DNA of 61,154 nt, counting the filler, from Barthelona sp. PAP020 (Eukaryota), in NCBI GenBank assembly GCA_040182905.1. It is 2 parts of 2 records of this genome, joined end to end, with 100 filler letters (N's around TTAATTAATTAA, not from the genome) between each part and the next. Parts side by side here need not be neighbours in the genome. Positions count along the whole stretch, not along the records: positions 30,867 to 61,154 come from JARQWU010000112.1; 1 more part is not named here. One strand, written 5' to 3'. Of the stretch, positions 31,483 to 43,640 are shown one piece after another. A program made the translations under genes and the position numbers. Within the stretch, counting starts at the first letter, position 1; every line of letters starts with the position of its first letter. The notes beneath the pieces are model-generated. The model made no database searches. It was not told the origin of the DNA and saw only the letters and a program-made list of their open reading frames with translations.

Positions 31483-34400
31483 ATGTCTCGATTATTTGTT
31501 GATAATGAATATCAACCTATTACAACAACAATCTATGAGATTTTCCTATTTATTTTAATAATTTATCATACGATAATAAATGATAATTTATCTGTGTATT
31601 TTAGAACTTTAAAGAAATCGATATTTGCTTTTAAACATATAACTCTATTCATATTATTGTGTGTAATTTTTATTATTTATACGATTATTATGTTGCTGCC
31701 TTTTATTGAAGTATCTTTTTTTGGAGCATTGTCATTATTAATTTTTCTAATTCCATTATGTGTATTTTTATTAAAGTTTGGAAGTTCTGAAAGTTCATCT
31801 ATTGGTAAACTTATATTTTTTATCACTGAAATTGGTTTTTTTGGTTCTTTGAGTTCATATTGTCGATTTTATAGTTTTTTTCATTTATTGATTATTTTAA
31901 TACCTTCAATGATTGGATCATTCTATACATTATGGATACATAATTCATATGTTGATTTTATGAATACTTTTGTTCAAAAATATAAGATAAATGATAAAAA
32001 TGACATAACAGAACAATCTACAGGTCATAATATAATGAGTATGAGATTGAAAAATTTTTTATTTTTGTTTAGTTATGTTGCTATGCAATGTGCTTCATTG
32101 TTACTTGCTTATAATCAGTTTGAAGATAGTAGGATAATATTTATCCCTATTTTTTTAATCTTTTGTGATTTATGTATCTATTTGTTTCCTTTGGAATATT
32201 TGCTGGATAATCTCTCAAAATTTCTTATTTTTACTGCATTATTTCGAGTTGTTTTTATTTTGTTGTGTGAAATCTCTGTTGAATTAGCATTTGGTTTAAT
32301 AATATGCTTTTCAATAGTTTTAACGTTTGGTGTAACACAAAAAAAAAAAGGAATTCTCGTGAAATTAAGTTCTGTTGATTACATTTGGAAATATGTTGTT
32401 GGTTTTAAACAACATCGTTTTAAATTTCATCAAGGTTTTTTTGAAAATCATCATCAATCTTACATTTTTCTTTCTGAAGGCATCTTTATCATTGGAAGCA
32501 TCTTCTTTTGTAAGTTGTTAGATGATGTTAAGGAAAGAGTTAATCAACGTGTTATTACTTTGGTTGTATGGAATTTTATCCCATTGCCTTTTTTATTTTT
32601 ATTTGTTTATGTATTTATTTGTATCAGTTTTTTATTTTTTGCTATTTATGAAATAAATCATGTAAATATGCTTTGGTTGAGTCATGTATTGTTATTGAGT
32701 GATGTAAGTGATGAGGATTATGATTCTGAATATGACATGAATGAAAAGGAACCTGAAATTCAGAGTGAAATTGTTACAAATATTTTAAAAAGTTTGAAGA
32801 ATGATAAACTTCCCAATTATTTTTTGAGAATTTTGCTGAAAAATTTGATATTTTTGATAATTGGGTTAATTTTGATATTACCTGGATGCTATTTGTTAAA
32901 ATTCAATTTTGATATGAATGTACATTTCTATTTACTCTTGATTCCAGTTGTTACGCTATTTTTTGCTAATTTCCTATTGATATTTAGAATCCATGATATT
33001 GTTAAGAATCAATCAAAGATAAAACAAACAATTAAACAAAAATTAAAAAAAATACAATTTTTTACTTTCTTTACATTATTATTTTCTTTTCTATTTTTAT
33101 GTTTTTTAAGCATTATTTTCATATTTTACAATATTTATAATACAAATCTTTTTATTAGAGATCAAACTTTTTTATTTTTTGAAATTTTTTTTTCTGGTTA
33201 TTTTTGTTTTATGCCTATGTTTTTAAATTTAGTTTTTGATATACAATTAACTAAAATAGAAAAATATTTATCAATAGGTGGATTCTTTTTTTTAATACTT
33301 TTTGAAATTTTTGTCAAATATTTTTTAAACTTTTCAAATTCTTTTGGATTTATTTTAATTTTAATAATTTTTATATTTTTTATCATTTTTATCCATATAA
33401 ATCGATTAAAAATATTAAATTCCATATCAATCAATTCATTGAATTATATTGATGGTAAATGTATAAATTTACCCACATCTTTACAGTTTTATTCAATATT
33501 TATCAATTTTTTATACATTATTCTAGTTATTATTCTCAATTTTGCTGTATTAAAATCCAATTTTAATATCCAATTGAAAATAGGTATCATTATTGGTGTT
33601 TTAACTATAATTATCAATCTATTTATTAAATATTCAATAAAATATTCAAAAATTCAAAATTTACAAGTCTCAAAACATTTAAAACTTTCATTTTTCATTT
33701 GTTTACTTTTTTTGGTATCAAGTTTTTTTATGATCATTCATTCAATATTTATTTTGGATATTCCTTTAACTTTTTTCTTAATAGTATGGATTATCATTCT
33801 ATTAATTATTTATTATGAAAAGATGCCTTTTATTAATAGTCAATTATCTTTAAAAGATGTTTGGATTGTAGATACAACCCATTTTCATGCTATCAATTTC
33901 TTTTCAAATTTTAGTGGTAATAATGAGGTTCGTTGGTCTAATAAACCAGTAATGATTTTTAAAATTGCTTTGTCATTACATTTGGTACTTTGTTTTGAAT
34001 TTTTTTTTTCAAAGAGTGATCGATTACCTATATTATTAGTTTCAAACATATTTTTATTGTTATGGTTATTTATTATCATTAATTTTCTTGGTAATGGATT
34101 ATTGTTAAGGTTAAAAGCTTTCTTATCTGAAGAAATATTCATATTAATACAGAAATCATATTTGAATCAATTTAATCCCATAATGATTGAAAAGAATGCT
34201 ACTTTAAACACCATTATTCGAGCAAATAATTATTTCAATGCTGAACAATTGTTGAAACATTTTGAAAAGATAGAAAATTATTTGAAACTTGCTAAAAATT
34301 ATTCATCAGAAATTAATGAGGAAGAAAATTTGTTGTATTTTTTTATAAATCCAGAAAAAGCAGAATTATTAAATATTGATACATATAAAGCTTTTTGGAA

Positions 34401-35398
34401 ATTGAATGAATTAAAAATAACTTTTAATCGAACAATTTTTTTAGCAGAAAGTTATTTATTTAATATATTATTAACTAATTTAAACAGTAAATTTAATTGT
34501 TTTTGGGATACAGTCTTATCTAGTCAAAAATTGTTAAATTTAGATATATTCCACATCAATGAAGAAATGGTTGATATTTTAACCAATTTTTTGATATCTA
34601 TGTCTGATAGTACACTTTTATTGAATGATAACAGAGATTTAAATTTGAATACTTCTTTGGATCAAGATAATAATGAAAGAAAACAGATTAAAACTCAGTT
34701 ATCTCCTAAACACTTTTTTGAAGTTCAAAATTTCACTACAAATGTTTCTAAGGATTTAAAATTCGATGAATGTATCGAAACAACAGGATTATCAGATTCG
34801 TTTAATGATGATGTAGAATCTTTTGATAATTTACCATCTAATGATGAAGAAGAAAAAGATTTGAATATATTTTACAGTAATGATGCTGATAATAATAGTT
34901 TAATCAGTTTGAACAGAGTAGCCATTGAATTTTTCAGACAACAACAGCAACAAAACCAAAATCTTTCAGACAAATCTCACAAATCTGACAAATTTGCAAA
35001 TCAAAAACCAATATATACAGGAGGTGAAAATACACATGATGTTGATGGAAGTATTGAAGATAATCAAAATTTAAAATTAGGAGCTTCAGCTTCAGTAGAA
35101 TGGGGAAGAAATGAATCAATTCCTTTGTGTAATGAATTTACTTCCGATATCATCTCTGATATGTTATCTGAGATGCACACTGCTTTTACTCCTTTAGATA
35201 ATTCTGAATTGAGTTCTCGTTTTACAAGTAGAGTTGTGTCACAGACTGTATCTTTAAATAATTCTACTGATGAGAGTAATTGTCATCATTATAATCAAGA
35301 GATTGGAAATGATAAAAGAAGAAGAAAGAGAATGCCAAAAAGGATGTTTAATGATTTTTTTGAGGAAGATGAAGATCACCAAGATGAAGAAGAAGAAG

Positions 35399-35430
<32 letters not shown>

Positions 35431-37860
35431 GAAGAAGAAGAAGAAGAGAATCTAGAATTTAAACAAAATAAACACCATGACCAAGATGAATTGATTCAAA
35501 TAAATATTGAGCAATCACATGATCTAATGGCTAGTGGTATGTTCAATTTTGCTGAACCAGAGGACGAAGAAAAACTTGAGTCATTTTATTCAATCTTCAA
35601 TCCAAACAAGGTTCCCTTTGCCAATGATATGACACATGCACAATCTATTGAAGAATTCACAAATTTACCATTGATTGAAGAAAAATCAAAGCAAAATAAT
35701 GTTTTTGAAAAGGAAAAAGAAATTTCCAAAGCTTTAGAATCAATGTTAATGTTATTAGACGAAGAAGATGCGAAATTGTTTTCGTTTGAACAAAGAACTT
35801 TAAAATATATTGATAAAATGGGTCAAACTATGGATATTATTGAAAGCGATTTGTGTAGGTTACGTAATGAAGATTTTATCGAACTTAAACCAAAATATTT
35901 CGCTTTCTATGCAATTTTTGAGGAACAATTGCAAAAGTTTTTGCCAAAATATAATACCTATATTGCAATGAATCAAGATGATCATTTTGTCATTGAAGAA
36001 GAGGAAGAAGTAGATGAAGAGGAAGAAGAAGATCGTGTTCACATCAACAGCCATATTAGACATCAAATGATTTCTGAGTTGAGTGATGTGGATGAATTTG
36101 ACATTGAGGAAAGTGGTCTCTTAAATCCCCATTTAATTGATTCTACGTCTGTTTTATTAAGTAATAGTAGAAATAATATGATGGAAGGTTGTGTTGATTC
36201 GAATGAAAAAAGTGATTTTGGTGACAGCAATAATCATTTAAAAGTTCAAAATTCTGCTGAACAATTCAACGAGAGTTCAACATCATTGCCGTCTCTAATA
36301 TATGAAAATGAACCATTTCAAAGTCGTACTCAAACTCAAATTGTTTCTGAGAAAACCAAAGACAATAGCTTTTTTTATGAAATGTTAGCGTTTTTGCGAC
36401 ATTTTTCCAATGATATCTTTGATTTTAAAGCTGAAATTGAAAAAGTTTTGGAAAATTATGAAGCTTATAAATTACAAATTAAACAATTCAATGATAAAGA
36501 ATTTAAAGGCAACATAAAGTTTTTTAAACTTTTAAAAAGTTTTGAGATTCAACAAAAAAAATATGTTGATGAAACTTTTTCCTTTTCTAGAGCTTTTCCC
36601 ATCTTTAACAATGAATATATGTGGAAGACTTTTAATTTGCCATTATTTTCAATAAAAAATGAACATTTTATCACAAAGACTTATGAACTGCTATTAAATT
36701 GTTTAGAATTGACTAACAGAATGAACATTTTTAATGAATGCATCTTAAGATATTTGACAGATACTGGAATGTCTTTGATTCGATTCTATTCTCAAAAAGG
36801 CGAATATTTAATTGGTATTGATAACAATATTCCAGTAAAAATGATTAAATCTAAAGAAAATCAAAATGATAATGTGGGAGAAATGGAAGAGATTTTCGCC
36901 ACTGGTCATCATTTGATTGAAAAAGCTTTGGCAAAATATTTTGGTAATTACGACATTTTAAAGAGTATTTATCTGAGTGATTGTTTATTTGCATTGTGTG
37001 GATTTTATAAAAAAAAGCTTTACCTTAGTAAATCATTAAAAAATAATTCTTTGTTGGTTGATGAGCTGTGGATTACTTTGAATAGCAGTATTACAAATCC
37101 AGATATGATTACTATATGTAGAACAATGAACATAAACAATAAGAATGGTCAGCAACATAAGAGATCGAATATAAACTTGAATTTAAAACATCAACAGTAT
37201 TTTTTGGTTAAACAAACGCTTGTGATCTCTATTTATGGAGTTAACCATCAACTCATTAATTTAATTCCGTTAGATAAGGAGGAAATTCCGAATTTTTCTG
37301 GTTGTTTTCGAAAAGATGGATCTTTAATCGCTTGTAGTAGCAAATTGTCTAAATATACTGAAAACAATGGGATTTTACTCACAATACAAGAATTTCTTTC
37401 TGCTTTCAAATATATTACATCCATTGTTGATAGAACTAAGTTCTTTGAGTCTTCTATTACAGGAATATGGGATAATCGTTGTAATATTGGTTTTTTCACA
37501 CATCAGCACACTTTGTTCTTAGCTCCTCAATATCAATTGAATTTTATCAACAATATTTACAGCAAAATAACAATATATGTATCATTTGAACAAGTTGAAC
37601 CTTTACCTTGTGCAGTTTGTGTTTGGAAACATAAAACAATGGGTCCAATTCGTTCAAATGAAGATTATTCTTTTGTTATCAAACCTTTGATTCAAAAGAA
37701 TACTCATATTCGTTTGTCTTTTGATGTAGACTTAACTGAAAACTATCATTATTCCATAATACCTGTTTTAGCTGATCTTGGATCTGAAAATAATTTTATT
37801 TTAAGAGTATATTGTTCTAAATTTCCTATCAGTGTATCTTGTACATATCCTGACAATTAA
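31483..37860 (+). CDS. Large multi-TM calpain-like protein (DEK1/TML-calpain architecture) with degenerate CysPc and domain III (C2L)
   Basis: About 880 aa with many TM segments, an acidic linker, then YVDETF, IGIDNNIP, LIEKALAKYFGNY, ITGIW, PQYQL, YSIIP, FILRVYCS. Confidence 0.72.
35386..35445 (+). repeat. (GAA)n microsatellite encoding poly-Glu
   Basis: Run of GAA triplets with one GTA interruption inside the calpain-like ORF. Confidence 0.9.
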
Positions 37861-38640
37861 GATAAATGTATTACAATTATTGTTATTTTAAATGCAACTT
37901 TGACTCATTGGGAATTGGAAAGATTTTTGTTTGTAAAATCTTCAAAAGTTCTTAATGTTGATGAATCGATAGTTTTTTTGTACTTTTTATAACTACTTTT
38001 CAGGGAAATTTCAAAAAAAAAAAAGGACTATTCTTGGACAACAGTTTATATGTAATTTATTGAGACAAATCAAGAAATGTTGAACTGTTTGAAAAAGTAT
38101 TTATGAAACTTTTTAACAGAAAATTGATGAAATAATTGTTGAATCCATTGATACCCTTGTGTATTGTTGTAGATATTCAATAAATGATGAATGTTCAATG
38201 ATTCTTTTTTTTTTTTTAACTGCTTTGTTTTGCATAAAAGTCCATAAAAAGCCACGTAAATTTTGTTTAAGAGTTTTCTTTTTCACAAAAGCCAGATTAA
38301 TCAAATAAGGGTCCAAAAAGAAAAGCAACTGAAGTAAATCAAAAATCCAAACAAAACAAAAAAAATATCACCTTTTATTATTTAAAAAAGGAAATAAAAT
38401 TACTCCACAACCCATATACATTGATTTAACATGCAATATCTTTTAATTATGCCTCTGATGTGAAAAAAAGATGGCAAAATAAAAGATTGGTCAAAACAAT
38501 AACAGCATGAAAAACCATCAAATATTGAACTGATATGTTCTTTCAACCAATTTTAACCACAATTCTCTAAATTGACGAATAGTTGTTGACGAAAAAAAAT
38601 CTTGAAAAGTTCTTGTTTGATTGTTGAATGAAAGAATATT

Positions 38641-40026
38641 TTGACAAAAGTTGGGATTGATGTTAATCCACATGTTAAATATGAAATGGATCAGGTTATC
38701 ATTCCAAATGGGTTTGATGTTGATGGTTTTGAAGATAATGGTCGTCCAAAGAAGATTTACCCTGCTGCATGTGATGGTGATCTAGAAGTTGTTAAGCAAT
38801 GTTTAAAAGCTGGAGTTGATGTGAATAAACAAGGAAAAGAAGGAAGAACTGCTTTATGTGGTGCTGCTTTTGCTGAATGTATCAAAGTTATTGAATTTTT
38901 GGTGGATTTTAAAGCTGACGTAAATTTTTTCTTGTGATGATGGTTGCTCTCCATTCTTTGTTAGCTGCTAAGAAGGGCATTTGGCTGCAGCAAAAATGTT
39001 GGTGGATTTTGGTGTCAAAATTAACGTTGGTGCCAATGAAAGTGCTCCATTACTTATGTGTTGTCAAGAAGGATTTCTTGATACAGCAAAAATGCTATTA
39101 TGTCATGGGGCTGATCCCAACTTTTGTTCTCCTGATGGTTTTTCTTCTTTATTCATATTTTGTCAGAAGAATCTTATTGAAATTGCCAAAATACTTCTGG
39201 ATCATGGGGCTAATGTTAATTTATGCAGGGACACTGATGCTTCTCCATTTTATACATGCTGTCAACGTGGGAATCTTGAAATTGCTCAATTGTTATTGTA
39301 TTATGGTGCTGATATTGATTTATACAGGCAGGGTGGATTTTCTCCATTGTTTTATTCTTGTGAAAGAGGTGATCTTGAATTTGCTTCAATACTCTTGAAT
39401 AATGAAGCTGATGTTGATTTACGTATCAATAATGGACCTTCTGCATTATTCATCAGTTGTCAAAGGGGTTATCTTAACATTGTCAAAATACTCTTGGATC
39501 AAGGAACCAATATTAATTTGTGCAAAAAAACGGTTCTTTTCCATTGTTCACCAGTTGTCGGAAAGGGCATCTTGAAATTGTCAAAATGCTGTTGGATTAT
39601 GATGCAGATGTTAATTTACGCCAAAATAGTCTTCATTCTTCAATGTATATCATTTGTTATCAAGGACACCTTGATGTTACTGAAATGCTATTGGATTATC
39701 CGAAAACTAAGATTTGTGGAAGAGATATGTCGATTTTTTTCAATGCCTTATGCACTCCGGTCATTGAGTGGGAGGAATCCAAAGAGTACCATATTCTCAG
39801 CTGTCCTAATTATAAACAACTATTGGAGAGGGGTGAACCAATTGATTTGACTTTGGATCATTTGTCTCAATTTGAATTGATTCAATTGGTTGAAGGTAAA
39901 GGTTATATTTTATCAACTTTTGCCGCAATGAATGTGGATAATTCGATAATTAGACAATTTGTCAGTGCAGGCATTTTCATAAATAAAAGGGATTTTGATA
40001 TGACTTATGACATTTGTTGGGTTTGA
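38641..40026 (+). pseudogene. Ankyrin-repeat pseudogene, paralog of the gene at 30094
   Basis: Shares GFDVDGFEDNGxPKKIYxAACDG with the 30094 gene. Broken by a +1 indel in the T run near 38925, an in-frame TAA at about 38968 where paralogous repeats have Gln, and a -1 indel in the A run near 39525. Confidence 0.8.
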
Positions 40027-40279
40027 TTGATCTGAATAAAATGAATGGTAGGAATATGAGTCAGTACATTGATGATAAAATTGACAATAGTGAAGAAAGC
40101 GATGACGAGTAAACAAGAATTTTCTTTTTTTCTTTTTTGAGTGTTAAACTTTTTTTCCCCTCTCAGATTGCTGAAATGGATCTTAATACGGTGATCGTTG
40201 GGGTAAAATTCCCTTCAACTCCCACCAATAGATTTTGTTGTTACACACAACAAACAAACTAAAAAATATTTCACTTTAC

Positions 40280-41275
40280 CTAAGATTGCCAACTATAGGG
40301 AGCAGATGGAACAAATGAATGTACTAAACCTGTTTGGGGGACACCATTAATACTAAAGCCACTGAAGGCTGGATATGAGAACTGAGGATTGTCCAAATAT
40401 ATATTATTCTGATTTTCTGCAGACATCTCAGTTGGATTTTGGAATATTTGTGCTTGTTGAATCTCTTGATGGGAATAAAAGGGAATTTGAGACCAATTGA
40501 CGGGTGAATTTTCGTCTGCTGAACTTGTTGTTGAGCTAATTGGCGATATTTTCATTTGATCTTGTTGAGAAACTGTCATTGGATATGTGTTTGTCATCAT
40601 CATCTCAGAATTAGCGTTACTCGCCATTTCATGCTGAAACATGGAGTATTGTGATGGCATTATGTCTTGGGGCTGTATAACTTCACGTTGCTGTTGCTGT
40701 TGTTGTTGATGTTGTTGTTGCTGTTGTTGTTGATGTTGTTGTTGCTGTTGTTGTTGAGGATTAACAGATCCAATGATTGTGCCGTTCGAAAAAACTGGGG
40801 CTACTCCAATTAGCTCAACCGATAATGGTAATTCAGGCTTAGCATCTAAAATAATTTCTTCAATACCCAAAGCACATCCACCATTTAGAAAGGTCTTTAT
40901 CAATGTTATTGAAGCTTCCACAGCAAAATTTGTCGTCTTTTTTTGAGTATATGTAAATCTACCAGCGTAATTCCACCAAAGGATAAAAGGAACAGTGGTT
41001 TCAAGATAAACAACAGGATTTTGAGAACACCTATTTCCAACATGCACTTCCATAAATCTTCCAAAAATTCCAAAATGAGGTTTTGACACTTCCTCAATCA
41101 AACACTTTTCATATATAGAATTTTGAGGCGATAACCGCGAACAACTTGTTGCTATATAATTGAGTAAAGGTTGTGTTCTACTCCAAGGCCATAGAATTTT
41201 TTTTTTTTTAAATTCAACATTTAAAAATTGGCAATCAATGCTGAAATATATCGTGTGTTGAATTTGTTTCATCAT
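40280..41275 (-). CDS. Hypothetical protein with poly-Gln tract and Q/S/P-rich tail
   Basis: ORF of about 331 aa, ATG at 41275; globular-looking N-terminal half, then QQQQQQQHQQQQQQQHQQQQQQQ. Confidence 0.7.
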   Translation of the reverse strand: MMKQIQHTIYFSIDCQFLNVEFKKKKILWPWSRTQPLLNYIATSCSRLSPQNSIYEKCLIEEVSKPHFGIFGRFMEVHVGNRCSQNPVVYLETTVPFILWWNYAGRFTYTQKKTTNFAVEASITLIKTFLNGGCALGIEEIILDAKPELPLSVELIGVAPVFSNGTIIGSVNPQQQQQQQHQQQQQQQHQQQQQQQREVIQPQDIMPSQYSMFQHEMASNANSEMMMTNTYPMTVSQQDQMKISPISSTTSSADENSPVNWSQIPFYSHQEIQQAQIFQNPTEMSAENQNNIYLDNPQFSYPAFSGFSINGVPQTGLVHSFVPSAPYSWQS

Positions 41276-41548
41276 TTGCAAAGAAATAATTGATAAAAAA
41301 AAAATTATTTCTGTTCTTTAAGGACTTTGAGATTTTCTCCAAGATTCTTGAAATAACCTAAACAAATCAAACTTAAAAGAATAAAATTATTCATAGATAA
41401 TTGTTTTTACATTTATTTTCTAAATTACACTTTACATTACCTTATAAAGTTCGTTTGACCCTTAAACTATACTTTAAAAAAGAATTTTATTTCGTTCTAA
41501 TCATGTTTGAAAGGCGGAATTTTTTTTTCTAAATTTTTTTTTGGCGAT

Positions 41549-43216
41549 ATGTCTGCTGCTGTTCAAGCATTAAATCCCTATTCAGAGGTTGTTAAGCGCA
41601 AAGGTGCTTTCGATGTTATTCAAGCTGGTGCTCAAGGTCTTTCAGAATTGTTGAAGACAAATCTTGGACCTAAAGGAACATTAAAAATGTTAGTTTCTGG
41701 TTCTGGAGATATTAAAGTAACAAAGGATGGTTGTGTTTTGCTTCACCAAACCCAATTAAAACTACCTACTGCTCAACTTGTTGCACGTGCTGCAACAGCT
41801 CAAGATGATATGACTGGTGATGGTACTACTTCTCTTATTCTTTTGATAGCTGAAGTTTTGCATCAATCTGAATTATTAATGAGAGAAGGTGTTCATCCCC
41901 GTTCTATTGCTGCTGGTTTAGAATCTGCTCGTGTTAAAACTCTTGAACTTTTAAAAGAACATGCCATCGAAAAAGAAATGACTCGTGAAGAACTTATTGC
42001 TATTGCTCGTACCACATTACGTTCCAAAATTCAAAAGGATCTTGCTGATCAACTTTCTGAAATATGCGTTGATGCAGTTCGTTCAATTGATGGTCCTGAA
42101 GGAATTGATTTGCATATGATTGAAAGAATGAACATGCAACATCGTATGGCTTCAAACACTCAATTGATTCGTGGTTGTGTTCTTGATCATGGTCCTAGAC
42201 ATCCTTCTATGCCTACTGATCTTGAAAATTGTTTCATTCTTACCATGAATATTACACTTGAGTATGAAAAGACAACAGTTAATTCTTCTTTGGTTTTCGA
42301 AAATGCTGAAAAGCGTGAGGAACTTGTTAAAGCTGAACGTAAATATACTGATGATAATGCACGCGCTGTTATTGCTTTGAAGAGAAAAGTTTGTAGTGGA
42401 GAAAACAAGGACAGGAAGTTCGTTGTTATGAATTACAAGGGTATTGATCTTGTTTCTTTAAGAATGCTTGCTGATGAAGGAATTATGGCTCTTCGTCGTG
42501 TTAAAAGACGTAATCTTGAACGTCTTCCTAAGATGTGTGGTGGTCGTACTGTAAATGCTGTAGAGGATCTTGTTCCCGATGCACTTGGTTTTGCTGAACA
42601 TGTTTATGTCCAACAATTGGGTGAACAATCTTTTACTTTTGTTGAAGGTGTTCCCAACAAGTCTTCAGTCACCATTTTAATGAAAGGTTCAACCAAATAC
42701 ACTCTTGATCTTCTTGAAGATGCTGTACATGATGGTCTTCGTGCTGTTAAACATTCAATTGAGGCTAAGAAAATTATTCCCGGTGCTGGTGCATTTGAAA
42801 TTTTTGCTCATCGTGAACTTAATAAATGGGTTCATGAAGGACATGTTAAGGGTAAAAATAGACTTGGTGTTCAAGCATTTGCTGATTCTTTACTTGTTAT
42901 TCCTAAGACCCTTGCTGCTAATGGAGGATTGGATTCTCAAGATGCAGTTATTCATGCTCAAGAAGCTTTGAATGAAACAGGTAATTTTGCTGGGGTTGAT
43001 TTAGAAACTGGTGAAGCTATGGATCCATTAGTTAATGAGGTGTGGGATACTTTTATCGTGAAGAAACATATGCTTCAATCATTATCCACAATCAGTGCTC
43101 AACTTCTCATTGTTGATGAAGTCATTGCTGCTGGTATTTCTCAAACTCGAAATGCTCAAAAAGAACTTATTGAGAATGCTCAAGTTCAAGCTATTAAGCA
43201 ACAACTTGGTCGTTAA
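41549..43216 (+). CDS. CCT6: T-complex protein 1 subunit zeta
   Basis: KTNLGPKGTLKMLVSGSGDIKVTKDG, QDDMTGDGTTS, VLDHGPRHPSMP, LEYEKTTVNS; ATG at 41549. Confidence 0.95.
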   Translation: MSAAVQALNPYSEVVKRKGAFDVIQAGAQGLSELLKTNLGPKGTLKMLVSGSGDIKVTKDGCVLLHQTQLKLPTAQLVARAATAQDDMTGDGTTSLILLIAEVLHQSELLMREGVHPRSIAAGLESARVKTLELLKEHAIEKEMTREELIAIARTTLRSKIQKDLADQLSEICVDAVRSIDGPEGIDLHMIERMNMQHRMASNTQLIRGCVLDHGPRHPSMPTDLENCFILTMNITLEYEKTTVNSSLVFENAEKREELVKAERKYTDDNARAVIALKRKVCSGENKDRKFVVMNYKGIDLVSLRMLADEGIMALRRVKRRNLERLPKMCGGRTVNAVEDLVPDALGFAEHVYVQQLGEQSFTFVEGVPNKSSVTILMKGSTKYTLDLLEDAVHDGLRAVKHSIEAKKIIPGAGAFEIFAHRELNKWVHEGHVKGKNRLGVQAFADSLLVIPKTLAANGGLDSQDAVIHAQEALNETGNFAGVDLETGEAMDPLVNEVWDTFIVKKHMLQSLSTISAQLLIVDEVIAAGISQTRNAQKELIENAQVQAIKQQLGR

Positions 43217-43640
43217 CGTGTGTTACTTTCTTTTCTTTCAATTCATGTAAATTAATGCGATGATTTTTTTTCATAATACAAAATTGAAACCCTTTATGCT
43301 TTCAAAATTGTTTTATTCCTTTTCCTATTTGTATTCAACCAAATACATATAATCTAATACAGTTTTTTGCAAAAGAAACTGTATTAGATGAAGAATGAAA
43401 AATACTGAATAAACTTCTTTGAAATTTATTTAAAGGTAAAAAAAGAGAAAAATGTGTCAAATTGTTTTTATTCAAGTTTACAGGAATTAAAATGTGTTAA
43501 AACATCAAAACCTTTCGGTACAAACAACAGGAAAAAATGTTTGGCTTTTTCCTTTTTCATTTTCAAAACTAAATCAAGCTTAATCTTACTTACTACTGCT
43601 TTAAAAAAACATATTAAAATTTAAAATTCGCTATTCAAAC

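Noticed and set aside
38968..38970. In-frame TAA at a Gln position, suggesting TAA=Gln recoding
   Set aside because: RPL26, DAD1, MOGS and CCT6 end at TAA at their expected C-termini, and this gene has other lesions.
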